Under the pieces are notes generated by a model that ran no database searches, was not told where the DNA came from, and saw nothing but the letters and a program-made list of their open reading frames with translations. Of a stretch of DNA of 64,000 nt, positions 1 through 14,204 are shown piece after piece (the stretch's first letter is position 1; each line of letters begins with the position of its first letter). Made by a program: the position numbers and the translations under genes. Where the stretch lies: positions 81,284,001 to 81,348,000 of the forward strand of contig NW_024704742.1 in assembly GCF_018977255.1 (NCBI RefSeq), in the 5' to 3' direction. Source of the stretch: Callorhinchus milii. Its lineage: Eukaryota.

Positions 1-971
1 GCTTTCTGAGAACTCATTCGAACTGGAGACAAGCATCCTCACAATCAGCCAGCAATACCTCTGTCTGTTACACATGGTGCATTTTCATCCAATTAATTCA
101 ATTAAAGTTCTATGGTGGTGTACTCACAGATAGTCCCCAGTCAATTCAGCACAGATCACAAGAAGACTTTGATTGGCCAGGTATTTTGCATTTTAGCCAA
201 GCCATATCTAGGCATGCAGCTTCCCAGTGCTCACCTTAAAAAAGTAAGGTTTTAATTTGGTGTATATCCTTTTGGAATCTCTTGATGAGGAATCAGTCAT
301 GAATGGGGACTTCCTCTGGCATGTCATGACAATCTGCTGTGGCTGATACAATCTACTTTCAAGAGGAGTTTCTGCATGTTAATGGAAAAGTTAACTTTAT
401 TACTTATTAAGGAATCCTATTAAGAAATACCACAAATTAGACCTAGGTTCTGGGTTAGTAAACTACTCATATCGAATTTAGGCTGTGCCTGCCTGGTAAG
501 TATAGAGGAGGATACTCCTTACAGAGTCTCCATATGTTCCCATTGGCAAAAGTGGAATGTGTCACTTTGGAGATGAGAGAGTGGACTGTATTTTTTTGTT
601 TGCAGTTGTCTTTGAATATTTGCTGTGTTAAACCAAATAACCTGCTAACGGCAGCAAGGAGGAAGGTGAGAATTAATCTCAACCAGTTTATCGGGTGAAG
701 TCATTTTATTTTTGGAATTGTTTGCATAATGAAAAGGTTGATGGTTTTACATAAAGACCATCACAAATGAGGAATTTCAGCATTCCAGGCACTTTGTTTG
801 CCTTGTTGTTGCTTGTTGTATGCCCAGTTCTATTCGAGGTAGAATGCTGTTTTATGTATCACATTGTCAGTGTCTTGATGGAGAAGTCCAATGGAATGCA
901 AAGACTTCAGCTGTTGTAGAAGTCATTGGCAATCTGGAAATGAAAATGAAAGAAATAGTGGTGTATTTGGA

Positions 972-1345
972 ATGTCAGCTTGGCTCAGTTGGGAGGGCTC
1001 TGACCTCTGCAAGTTGTGGGTTTAAACTCGACTTCAGGAATTTTAGCTCACAGTCTAGGCTTTCACTGTAAAAGCACATTTTCTGGATGATATGTAAAAC
1101 CAAGGTCCTGTCTGACTTTTGAAGATCCCATGGCACTATTGGGAAAGAGAAAGGAGTGTCCTGGCCAACAATCCCCCAGATAAATTGATTAATCGCTTCA
1201 TAGGTATTTGTAATACATTGCTGCATGTATTTGGTTGATACATTTACCCATAAATTTACACCATTACTAGATTTTAAAGAAACACTGTGAAGCACTTTGA
1301 GATATTCTTGACCTTATATGACCTTATATCAAACGCATGGGTTAT
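972..1345 (+). mobile_element. Old DeuSINE-like element (other remnants at about 10790-11020, 18110-18350, 23200-23420, 28110-28360, 33250-33470, 52890-53130)
   Basis: gaagatcccatggcactatt...gaaaggagtgtcctggccaacaat core, typical of the Deu domain (AmnSINE1/SacSINE1-type). Confidence 0.7.
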
Positions 1346-4300
1346 TACTATTTATGAGTGCCCGCCAGTATTTTCAACAGCATCTGGAAACATCTGCCCA
1401 ATAAATTCTAAAACATCTGTTAGAACAAGTTTGAGCCCCTCCCAATGCCATACTATTGTTTTGAATGCGAAGGTAGAATGCTAGTCTTTTCGTGAATGGT
1501 ATGAATGTTGCTCTTTATCCTGAGTGTAAGAAGAGATTTTTTCCCCTTTCCTCTTTTCCTGTATACTCTCTCTCCAACACTAACACACACACATGTTCTA
1601 TTTCTCCAATCCCCCCACCTTGCACCCTCCTTCCCCTCTTTTAGACCATGACTGAAGACCTTCCTTTTCAACCGTGCTTATGGTCACTTCCTCCGTCCCC
1701 CCAGCTTGGCATTAGACTTCGCCTCTGTTAAGCACTCTGAAATGTTGTCCCCCCCACCCCATGAATGGTGCTATATAAATGCAAGTTGTTGTTGTTATTC
1801 TTCTCACTCACAAACATACACTCCCATTTTATCCTCCCTTCCCCCAAAATGACAAAATCAAAAGGTTTGAGGAGGAAGGCTCCTTCACCCCATTTGATCT
1901 CCTCCTTCCAGAATACCAACCTACACTGTCTTCCTATTAGAGTGTCAGAATAAGTCCAGTAGGTTCAGTGGTGTCTGGTGACTGTTCTAACTGTTGATTA
2001 CATTGAAGGAATATCTCCTGGTGTCCTTGTCAACAATATCCCAAATAATAATAATAATAATTATCCTAGCATTTGATATAGCGCTTTTCACGTCTTCTAG
2101 ACATCTCAAAGCACTTCATAGAATATACTGTAAAGGGAATTGACCGTATATTTGTGGGCGAAATAAAATTCATCATTAATTCTATGGCCATTTGTGTAAT
2201 ACTGCTGTATGCAAATTGGTTGCCACATTCACCTAGAAAATATACACTCCACTTTTCCGGCAGGGTGAAACATTAGGCAAGTTTCCTTAATTCATATGCT
2301 TTCGTTTACCTAGCAATAAGCAGGAACCCGGTTATTAGTCGATTGGTGGATCGCTTTTCTGGGAGGAATAATTCGTTCAAAAAATAAATAAAAATAATTT
2401 GGTCACTCAATCCATGACTGTTTGTGGGACACTGCTGTGCACAATTGGCTGCCACGTTTCGCCCACAAAATATACAGTTAATTCACTTTGCAGTATATTC
2501 TGGGAAACACTTTGAGATGTCTCAATGAAATGATAAAGTGCTATATCAAATGCAATTACTATTATTATTATTACTATTATTAAATCCTGTGACGCACTTT
2601 GAGGTCTCTTCCCTATGTCAAAGTTGCTATATGAAATGCAAATATTATTGTTATTCAAAGTAAAGAAATGCTTCTTGGTGTCTTTCCTAAAATTGCCCTT
2701 CACAACCCTGAACTTGTGCCCTCTTGTCCTGCTTGCCTTACTGTATCTGACGATATTGTCCTTAGTTTATTTTCTCTGTCCTATGTAGCATCTTATACAG
2801 AGTTGAAAGGAATCCAAAGCTGACTTTTTTCACGGTTGAAGAGCCCAATCCATCTAGCTCTTCTGATAGCTCCTCCCGCTGACACTGGGAATCACCTGCC
2901 CACTGCACTGTTTCTGGAGCTTTAACGTCACAATGATTAGAATGAACCGGATCAAAGTGGTGCAGCCGCCTGGTGAGGCTTCCTGTAAAAATGGAATTCA
3001 AGTCTGTGATTTCCACTTTGAGTCTCATAGTTGGAATTCCAACACTTTAGAGAGCAGGGCACCAGTGCAGATATCTATGAAATCACCATCCAGAATCCTC
3101 TACACAAGAATTTCTAGGCTCAGTACTCATTCCCACACAAACGTGTGATACTAAGAGATGAAAAATTCTATACGAGCACAGAGAAGAAAATCAATAGTTC
3201 ATTAAACAAATCAAGTTCGGAAGTGCAAAGCTAATCCTGTTGTGGTTAAACAAAGTGAGACGTGCAGGCAATAAAGGAAATCTTGCAGTGAGCAGGGTCT
3301 TAACGGAGTGCTTGTGAAGAGGGAGGAGGGAAGGGGTGTGGTAGGAGTGCTGTCAGAGAGAAAGAGCAGTGACAGATTGCAATGTGCCAGGCCAAACTCA
3401 AGAGCTTCTTTGTAGTGAATGGATTGAGAGGAGGCGTGTTCTCCCCTCACACAGCCCCAGCTCTCTGACATCACTTGATGCAGGAAAGGAATTTTTGAGG
3501 AAAGCGAGAGAGAGAGAGAGAGGACATTGTGATACACTATCAAGCTGCAGAAACGCAGGGGAGACTACATCTGTCTTACTGCATATATAATCTGCTGAGG
3601 ATTTTGTTTGTGTGGGTGAAAAACTTTGACGAAGACAGCAGTACGAAGGTGAGATTCAGTACTTTGATAGTTTTCATTCATGGTGTTGAATGTGGTAGAA
3701 GTAAAATCATGTGGCTCCCAGACTAGTAGATGGGAGTATAATGCAGCCCTGAACTAGTAGAGCGATGCTTTATACTGTCCAGCAAATGCTTGACAGTCTT
3801 TTCATGACATCCTGTTGTGGAGTCGTACTTTAAAGAAGAACCAAACTGAAAGGGATAAATGATGGTCACTCATTTAGGGTACACAGCACTTGTAAAGACA
3901 GTTCTGTCTTTCCAGAGCGGGTGAATCCAAACTTTTAGGGCTTTATCATTGAGTTTAATTGCACAGTGTCAGGAGACTCTTCATCTGCTGTAAAACAGGA
4001 GCGACTGGTGCTTTAGTGCTTCCCAGAACGTGTGCTTTAGTTTGCAAGGTTGCAGCTGTTAAGTTGTGAAGTGCAGTGAGAGGCGGTGGAGATCTGTAGA
4101 CTATTTCCCTCCTGCTTGGGTCCTGACCCAACTGTCCAGCACCTTGGGACGTCCTCCCGACTTGAAAGGCGCTCTATAAATGAAATCTTGTTGTTGTTGT
4201 AGAGTGCTGGAGGTGGCCTTGCTTGATGGGTGAATAACTCATAGAAGCACAACTGCAGACTGAATTTTTTCTTTGCCTCTCAAAGCGCTTCACAGAATAT

Positions 4301-7300
4301 TCTGTAAAGTGAAGTGACTGTATATTTTGTGGGGGAAACAATAAATAATGTGGATGTGCACGCATCCCATGTTGGGAGTTCCAGTAGACTTAGTTACTCA
4401 GTTGTTTCAGACAAATAGCATTCCCTCTCTGGCTTTACATTTTTGTTCAAGCATTGTTAGTTAATGAGATAGACAAGAGTAGTGAAGATGGCATTTCTGC
4501 TACATTGTGCAATTCAGTACAGCTTGTTCATGTAGCCCCATTTCTGTATATAGATTTATTGTTTCAAATCAATAATGAACTGTAAGGGCCACTTAAGAAT
4601 ATAAGAAATGCTAGACAAAGATAGAATCTCAACAAAACTTTGCTTGAAAAATGCATGACACTTTATGGCAATTACTTCAGACGTGTCCTTTGCGTGTGAC
4701 ATGTACGACAGGAAAATGTTGTGTAAACAGAAAGGAGGTTTGCCAAATATCTTTCATGTAGACGGTGCCTATTTAAGAGACCCTGGCCTATTGCAAGATT
4801 TACCTTAGCCTAACTGTGTCAGTGCTTCAGCAGAAGGTTGCAATTGCCTTGAATAGGTCAGAGCCATGAAGTATAGTTTGGCTTGCCTTTGAGTATAAAT
4901 CTGAAGTTCTCTCTGATAATCCTTGAATTTGATATAGAGCATATAAAGGAGAAGTTGGGTCTCCTTAGGGTTAAATTAGCTCCAAGGTGACTTGCTTGGC
5001 CACAGAATGTCTGAATTGAGTAATTCCCCTTTGGTGATTCGTTGTTGGGAAACCAGTCTGGCTGCTGGGGAAAATGATCCCCAGTACTCCAGAGCAATGC
5101 TGATAATGGACCAGCCAACCTGGCTAGTGAGTAGATTTTGGATGGGTTGGACCAGTCATTAGACCCAGAGATATTTCCCACTTGGCTTCTGTTTACTCTG
5201 CAAGCCAGAGCCTAACTGGTTCTAGATTGCCAGACAGTACTGCCATTGGCAAGCTGTGCAGTTTTAGCTGGTTAGACTTCATCAGTACCCCAGTAGATAC
5301 TCTGGGGACCCCAAGTGTTAACTCTTGCCAATCTGCAACTATACTCTCTGAAATTATAGAAACAAGCAGGATGTGTCCCTTCAGAGAGAAAGTGCGCAAT
5401 CAATCCCAGACAAAGGGAAATTTCCATGTGTAGATGAAATACATAAGTGGAACTCTCAAGCTCATTTGGATACTCTTCAGCAGTGTGATGAGTTTTCACA
5501 TGTGTCAGACATCCAGCTGACCAATATATATATGATGCACAAAACATCAAAATGCCTCGAAGCACGTCCCAGGTAATTGCTTTCAAGTGCAGTGACTGTA
5601 TATTTTTTCGGCAAATGATAAGATAATAAGCATTCGCACACTCTGCCACTAATCCCTGCTGTCATATTATCATCAGCATCGGAAGGAATGACTGCACTAA
5701 AGAGTCATTCTTTAATACTCCTCGGGGTAGGTTCTCATTGCGTTTTTTGTTTGCAGGGCTTTTAAGAAGCCTTATCTTCCATAACTGGTTGTTTCTAAAG
5801 GAAATACTATGATGTCTATTTCTTGGCGGAGCATGGTGATGATGGAGTTCAAATCTCACTGTTATTTCCAAGCAGTTTGGTGCAATGAGGAATGCTGATC
5901 AGAGAAGAACAATAACGTGTACCTTAAATTTATGGGAATAAAAATGCAATTTGAGCAGCTTCAGAAAGGCTCAGTGGGCAGCTCAAGCGGTGGTAGTTGG
6001 TGCTTGATTTTTTTCATGTTATATGATTTTATACAAGGTTTTTCATTGTATTGTGTGTTATTTCATATAGAAAGACGGGACTCTGTCTATGAGTCAGGCT
6101 GACACCTAAACTGCTTAACAGTTCCTACAACTGCACTTGCCAACATATGTTAAACCAGGTCAGTGAATGGCATAGTTTAGTGTAGCTTTATCTAATCAAG
6201 TAATCAGAATCAAAATTCAAATTCATAGAAAAAAAATGTGGAAATGCTGAAAATCCAGAGCAGATCAATCAATGGTTTGGTTGGAGTCATACGGGAAATG
6301 TTAGCCTATTTTTCTCTTTCAGACACTGAATGACCTGCTATGTATTTTCAGCCTTTTCTATTATTGCAAAAAATCCTAATTGCCTCATTGGAAAGGAATT
6401 TAAATGGTGCTTTGTTATTAGGTTAATCTGTTTCAGGTCACCAAGAGAGAGTATTTGTGATATAATTTTTTTTTGGTCAGCCAGGTGCGGAAACCCATCA
6501 CGATGCTTAAGAATATGCATCCCACCGACAAAAATAATTCCCATGTATGGAACTCTCACTGGAGGAACCCAACCTAATTCCTGAGAGTATAAGGCTTGGA
6601 GATTCCAGTGTGAGTTGGGGTACTGCTGGAGTTTAACCAACTAAATCATTATAGCCATTGAGAGCATTGCCTGGTGAGCTTTCCCGCTGTTTATTCAGTG
6701 AGGAACACCCTACCCGTTAGGGCTTTTGCTTGCAGGGTTAACAGGAGCTGAGTGGGAAGAGTCACAGCCTTCATTGAGATGCAAATTCGTCAGCTGATAG
6801 GATCCATTATTAATGTTGATTACAATTTGCACATTGTTCATAAATAGGTGCATTAATATGGATGAGTTATAGATGAACAAGGATAAACTAACAACTGCCA
6901 GTGCAGCTCATAAGTGCAGTGTCCTATCGATCTCATCTCACCATTGTATACTCCACTATTCGCAAAGTAAAATTCTGGCTTGAAACAGAGCATAACCAAT
7001 TATTTGCAAAAATATCAGATTTGATTTAGAGGCAATAAAAATCCACAAAGTTTTGAAAAAAATCTGGAAAATTTTCCTGTTTAAATCCACATTTGAGGCA
7101 TGAACATGACAACAATTGGGTTCCTCCGATAGCACCATGTCATTGTGTCTCAACTTTCAGTTGAAACAAAGACTTGAAAACTATCATGTGAAATGTGTGG
7201 TGTAACAGCTATTGAGCATTTACACCAGAGTGGTGGAGCTGCATCAAAATAGCTGGCTGAAAACTCACCAGCAAACCAGCTATGCCCCTTTCAATAATAT

Positions 7301-8477
7301 GTCAACTTTGTCAACACAGTGCAGTTTGGTGCTGGTGTTTTCAATATAAACATCCAAAGCCAGCCTAAAGACCTTATTACACACACAGTACATTTACCCC
7401 TAATATTTTGCATTCAAGCACTCCAGTAGAGATACTAAATCCCATGTGGGCCAAAGGTCACACCATCCAAACTCCCTGAAATGAGCTGGTTATTGATCTG
7501 TTTGAAAGGAGAATGTGGGGACAAGCTTCTGTTTCTGGTTCAATGTACTTTAATTAATAGTAGTGCCAGGAAAGTAATCTTTGTCAGAACTGAAATCTGA
7601 GACCCTCCCATTGAAGAAACTAGAAAAATTGACCTGCTGCTGCTCAATCTGGCTGAATGCATCATCGAAGAACAGGCTGGTAACTTAAAACATCTCTAAA
7701 GAGAAACAGCCCTTGCATTTGGGTCAAACACAATCCAGAGAAACAGACTTTCTCCCAGTATTTTAGTTGTAGGGGAAGGTTATCGTAGGTGGTTTTGCTG
7801 CACGGTTTAGATGAAGCGTTCACCTGAGACCATTCATAGCACGATAACTGGGTCAAGCTTTTTCTGAACACAGCCAATGTGTTCAGCACGTCTCAGCTGC
7901 ACACGAGTGGTCAGAGGTCAACCCCGGCCTTGAAGGTAGAGGGATGTACTGATTGTAAGTCAGCTCATGAGGAGGAGCTACAATAAGAAGCCTGATTGTG
8001 TTAAAGTGAAAACTAATTGAAAAGCAACACACGGCCATGAGATCTGTTATATCATTCCAGACCCTGTTACATACATCTAAGAACAGAACATAGCTTGAGG
8101 CAATGTCACAGTTAGTGAGAATATCATTGCCCAGTTCTTCCGATGAGTTCCTGCAATAGGATAGTGAGGGAGGCAGAAGGCATCATGTAATATTAATATC
8201 AGTGACAATAGCACATGTCATGTTCCCCCTTTCTCACCACAGGGAGTTCCTCTCAATATCTGGCCAACAATCCCTCTGATAAATTGATCATTCATATCCT
8301 GGCAGTCTGTTACTGTGTGTAAATTGGCTGTTGCATTTGCCAGAAATAGACAGTTACTATACTTTACACTTTTCAACTTTGAGACTTTTCAGCAATGTAC
8401 TATGGTGTTATATGAACTGCAAGAATTGTTATTTTTCAATCGTAGAACTCCTATTTGGTACCTTATTTTAACTTTTA

Positions 8478-8820
8478 TTAACCTCGCAAGCAAGAGACTT
8501 GAGTATGATCCCCTGCATGACAAAACGTTGGGCAAATTTCTTTACTCCACGTGCTTCTGTTTACCTAGCAGTAAGTAGGAACCCAGATGTTAGTCATTTG
8601 GTGGATCGCTTTTCCAGGGATAATAATAATTCCTTCAAAAAAATAATAAATTGGTCACTCAATCCACAACTGTTTGTGGGACACTGCTGTGCGCAATTGG
8701 CTGGCGTTTTTCGCCCACAAAATATACAGTCAACTCACTTTACAGTATATTCTATGAAGCGCTTTTAGAAGTCTTGAAGACATGATGAGGCACTATATCA
8801 AATGCAAGGATAATAATTCA
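8478..8820 (+). mobile_element. Long-form SINE, degraded (a similar copy lies at about 2257-2582)
   Basis: Contains the tctgtttacctagcagtaagtaggaaccc module, Deu-type body and tail. Confidence 0.8.
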
Positions 8821-11601
8821 CACTGAGTATGGTGTATGAGTTTGGTTGAAAGTTCAGCTTAATCTTACTGGACACCATTTCTAATCAACCCCAAACTCCA
8901 GTGCCACCCCCTTTGCTCATGTCTTCAGCCACCATGAAGCCACCATTCACCCTGCTGGGAATCGAACCCAGGACACTTGCTTGTAAAGCGAGTGCTCTAA
9001 CTACTGAGCTACAGGACTCTTAATATAGATTGTCCTGGGCAACAGTCCTCCTCATAAATTGGTCATTTACTCATAGTTGTTTGTGCAAATTGGATGCCAA
9101 GTTCGCATGCAAATACATGCACTACACTTGGCAAATACAAGGACTTATTATCTGGATAGATTGGGAAGGTGGGCTAACATGAAGCTGATTCAGTTCAATG
9201 TAAATAATGTGGAGTGCTGTGAGTATGAAAGGACGATAGTTTCAGGTGTACTCAAACTCTGTACGCCCATCAACCCTGTCCTTGCCAGGTTCCATTGGCC
9301 TTCTGACTCTGAAAGGATTGATTTCGAGATCCTCACCTTCACATAGAAATTCCTTCATGCCATTGCACCTCTTTACCTCTCTGACTTGCTCATACCCCAC
9401 TTCTCTGCCACCCACTTTGCTCATGTGTTCAGCCACCATGCTCCTAACCTCTGGAACATCTGCATCAACCCCTTCTTATCTATCTTTATATCTCACCTTA
9501 AGACCACCTCTTCGACCGCACCTATGGTCACCTCTCCTTCCCTCTTCTCCTTTGCTTGTCTCGAACAGACATTTAGAGATCAAGAAACTGATAATGAAGT
9601 TATACAGAGCACTGGTCCAGCCCATCCACTGTATTGTGTACAATTCTGGACTGTGTCACCCACTGTACTGTGTATAATTCTGGACACTATTGTAGTACAA
9701 ACATGCTGTTACCAGTATTGTAACAGCTGAAGACAACACAATTGGTTCCTGATATTAGGCACCCAGGGATTATTGTTAATTAAACTGACCTTGAGTCTGC
9801 TTTTAGAATGGGACTTGCTATATACCCCAGCTGGAGGAGACTAATGAATGACAGTTACAAGGTCTCAAAGCTTTAATACTTTACTGTGGCAAAATTGGTG
9901 CAGGTCTGTTTAGTAACACTCTTATACTGTTCTAATAATTCTCCTTAGAGGCAATTGTTTTCAAATGTTCCATATTTTATTGTGTGATATTAAAGGATTG
10001 CCTACATATCTTCAGCATCGCCCAGTGTTAATTAAACAAAGGAATGTCGTAAACAACAGTAAGACCTGTAGACAGCACATCTGTGGCTCAGTGAATTTAG
10101 CCAATTTGTTGTTGAGCCATAAAGTAGCAAGTTCAAATTTCAGTCTGTGCTGTTAACTGCCCTCAATTGAGAAAGTGACCCAACATGAAGGGCACTATTG
10201 TATATTAATGCAAGTTGTTATCATCTCAGTAATGGCCACTTGGGCAAGATACTGGAGGAAAACCATACCCAGCAGAAGAACAAAGAAATCAGAATGCATT
10301 CGGGAGAGGGGAAGTTATCGGCAAGAATAAAAAGTATTCTGTACATCAGGAAATACTGTACCCACAAATACTGGCCATGATGTAAAAAACACAGTTTGAT
10401 GCCTTGTTTTGAATTTACTAAAAGCAGTTGTTTTTTGAATGATATAATATATTTCATCATAATTTTTACAGCACTTAATAAAATGGTCTGGGAGCTGAAA
10501 TGATACTGTTGTACCTCCTGAAGGAGATTCAGTGGCTTTGTTCCCTGGTTTGAAGTGAACTGATTGTGAAATGCTAATCCTTCGAAACAGAGAGGTTTTT
10601 AGACAAAGGAAATGTAGACGTCTTGACATCATGATAAGGTGCTATCTCAAATGCTATTATTACTATTATTATTAATATAATATAAAGCATCATACCGACT
10701 CCAGTTATAGAGTAATGTACATGTGGAACACCCTCTTATTGACACATTATTGCTGAGGCAATTAATACCTTTTAAGATGGGAAGCCATCTCAAAGCGCTT
10801 CACAAGATTTTACTGTAAAGTGTAGTGACTCTAGTTTGTAGGCAAACACGGCAAGCAATTTGCACACAGCAATGTCCCACAAACAGCTATGAAGTGCATA
10901 ACCAGTTTTATTTGGGGGATTATTGGCCAGGACACGGAGAAAATCCCTTCTCTTTTCAAATACTGTCGTAGGATTTTTAAGATAGGCAGACAGAGCCACA
11001 GTTTAGCGTCTCATCTGAAGGTCATCTGGGAAAGTGATTTCTCAAGTTTTTTTATTATGGCGTAAGTATGTGATGAATTTGTAGCATTCGTTGATCTGTC
11101 AGGGAGAAATATTATTGATTTGTTTCTCAGGAGATTAAGTAAATGGGGTAGATGTTTACCTTGCTGCTTTGCTCATTTCTTTAGCAGAAATGTAGGAACA
11201 GTGGGCATTTCTATAGAGATGTCATAAGAGCATTTCCAGATTCAGTAATAGGAGGCTTTTTGCTTTGTCCTGGTACAGCTAGGTTATCCTCCCCTTTCCC
11301 CAAACCCACCCGCTTTAAATTGGACCATTCCACGTGGTGCTCCATCCAGCAGTTTGACCTGGAAAGTCAAATGTCATGCACTGAGGGCAGACATGCTCCA
11401 GAACTGGTTGAGGCTGGGATCAGACTCAATCCTCTATGGATTGAGAGCCCAATTCTCTATGCTGTGTAAGCCATTTGCAGCTGCTGCAAATTAAAATCAG
11501 GCGTCAAACTGAACAAATGTCCTCACTTTGATGCAGCTCAAAGTGAAGTCTCCCTTTCCCTAAATCCTCTTTGGACCCTGGCAATAAAATCATACTTTTG
11601 C

Positions 11602-12250
11602 ACAACAACAATAACAAAATTACATTTGTATATTGCCTTTCACGTTGGGAGGAGGTCCCAAGGCGCTAGACAGACAGAGTTACGGACCCGAGCTGAGGGT
11701 CGGAGTGGGGGAGGGTGGAGGGCAAAGGGGGAAGCAGGGAGATCGAAAGCACGGTCAAAGAGGAGGGTCTTGAGGTGGGTCTTGAAGATGGTGAGGGAGG
11801 CGGTAAGATGGAGGGACTGCGGGATGGAGTTCCAGAGGGTGGGTGCAGGTTGGTGGAAGGCCCGCCCGTCGATAGTGGGGCGAGCAAGGCCAGAGCCTGA
11901 TGAGCAGAGGAAGCGAACAGAATGATAGGGGGTTAGGGGTCAGAGAGGTAGGGGGAGCAAGACTGTGGAGGGCTTTGAAGGTGAGGGACAGGATCTTGAA
12001 CTGTATCCTCTGTGTGATGGGAAGCCAGTGGAGTTGGGCAAGGATAGGGATGTTAGGGTCGCGGAGCCTAGTGTGAGAGAGGACATGGGCTGCAGAATCT
12101 GGATGATCTGCAGTCTATGGAGGGAGGAGTTGGGGAGCCCGACAAGCAGTGAGTTTGCGTAGTCGAGTCTCGATGTAATGAAGGAGTGTATGAGGGGTCT
12201 GTGGTGTGAGACAGTGTCGTAGCCGGGCGACGTTGTGGAGCTGGGGGAAG
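11602..12250 (-). mobile_element. L2 3' fragment
   Basis: Reverse (CAA)n tail, tcacgttgggaggaggtcccaaggcgct stem-loop and purine-rich L2 body. Confidence 0.8.
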
Positions 12251-12768
12251 GCAGAGTGAGTCATGGTGCAGATGTGGAGTAGAATTCACTTTTCAATAAC
12301 AACAACAAACTACATTTGTATAGCGCCTTTCGCGTCGGCAGGACATCCCAAAGCATTCAGCCTTTGCTGTAACTGTAATATAATAGTTTTGAGAGTCTGT
12401 GCTGGTTGTGGGAGATCATGGGTGCGAACAGAGCAAGAATGTCAGTTCTGGATAATACAACCAAAAATTCTGCTGATTGACTAATTGTTTGTTGGTTTAA
12501 AAGTGAAACTGTTAATCACCCACTATGTCATCCATCCTACCATGCGGCCAGTGATCAGTGCTGGGTGCTTGTTTGATGTGATCGGCTCTTTCAGACCCTG
12601 CTCGGCTGAAAACATCTGCCATTGTTGCGGCAACAGAACAAACAAGGAGACCCATTCTGTAGCTTTAGTCATTAGCCAGGTATTTGACATGAACTGCGCC
12701 CTCGCTGACTGAGGGAAGCCAGGCAAAATTGATTTAATTCACTGTGACATTAGCATATTGCTGCACAA

Positions 12769-12934
12769 GAATTCGAATGCCGATTTAACCGAGATTTAAT
12801 CTTTTTTTCTACCTTTCCTTTCACCTTCCCTCCCCTCCCCCCCACAGCCCCATCCGATCCTCTAAAGTGCCTAAAAGGAAGTCGTTCCCATTCTCAATGA
12901 AAATAATGAAGCGCTCTGAACGCATTGAGGATTA
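12769..12934 (+). repeat. Direct repeat unit 1 (unit 2 at 14046-14201), unassigned family
   Basis: Shared gaattcgaatgc...ccgagatttaatc...cccatccgatcctctaaagtgcct.aaaggaagtc...tcaatgaa.ataatgaagcgc. Confidence 0.85.
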
Positions 12935-13340
12935 ATGTGTCCCAGCAGTCAATATCGGGTTTCAGGATAGAGAGGATATTCCATTATTAGAATTAATTGG
13001 CTGGCACTGTCCCTCACACAATTCAAATTGAATCGAGTCCCCAAAGAGCAGGTCTATGAGCAGCCAACTGCTTTGAAAATGGTGCTGAAAGTGATGCAGA
13101 TGATGAGGAGTCAGGTCTCAGAACTTCATTATTGGATGAACCGTGCCTGTTCTCAGCACGTTTGGTGAATTCAGAGCCTGTGGTAGGGAGGTGTCCAAGG
13201 TCAGGGGTAGGGGAGAAACTGAGAAGGGCATCTAAAAAGGACTAGCGTGTGACCACCAGCAAAAGCGCCCCTGACGTAAACAGTATTTTCTCGGGGGAAT
13301 CTCCTGTCTGGCACAGGCTTGGCTCAGACCTGAGTTCTCA

Positions 13341-13910
13341 TCAACAACAACAACAAAATTACATTTATAGAGCACCTTTCACATCGGGAGGACGTCCCAA
13401 AGTGCTGAACGGTCAGATGTCGGGGCCCGTGCATGGGGGAGGGGTGTGTAGGGGTGAAGGAAGGCAGAGAGGTGGGAAGGTGACCAAACGCACGGTTGAA
13501 GAGAAAGGTCTTGAGGCCAGCCTTAAAGGAGGCAAGGGAGGAAGCGAGGTGAAGGGACCGTGGGATGGAGTTCCAGAGTGTGGGGGCAGAGAGGCTGAAA
13601 GCCTGGCCACCGATAGTAGGGCGGGTCGGGCGGGAGACATGGAGCCCGATGAACGGATGGAGCGGGCAGGTTGGTAGGGAGTCAGCAGGTCAGAGAGGTA
13701 GGAGGAAAAAGGGACATGAATGGCCTTAAAGGTGAGGATGAGGATCTTGAACTGGATCCTCTGGCGGATGGGGAGCCAATGGAATCGGGTGAGGGTGGGA
13801 GTGATGGGGTCACGGAGCCTGGTGCGCGAGATTACACGAGCTGTAGAGTTTTGGATGATCTGCAGCTTGTGAAGGGAAGAGTTGGGAAGGCCGATGAGGA
13901 GGGAGTTCCC
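13341..13910 (-). mobile_element. L2 3' fragment
   Basis: Reverse tail and ggtgaggatgaggatcttgaa (FKILILT) segment. Confidence 0.82.
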
Positions 13911-14204
13911 TTAATCAGAGTTAAAGTCTCACCATTCTGCACATCGTGCAGGGATTCTCTTGAGCAAATGCCCGTCCACCTCAGTCACTGTTGCTGGCTC
14001 TTTGTGTGAATCAGCCGCAGGGCAATGATGCTGCTGGATTAAATAGAATTCGAATGCAGCATTATCCGAGATTTAATCATTTTCTCTGCCTTTATTTTCA
14101 CCTTCGACCCCCCCACCCATCCGATCCTCTAAAGTGCCTTAAAGGAAGTCATTCCAATTTTCAATGAAGATAATGAAGCGCACCGAATACAGTGAGGATT
14201 TAAC

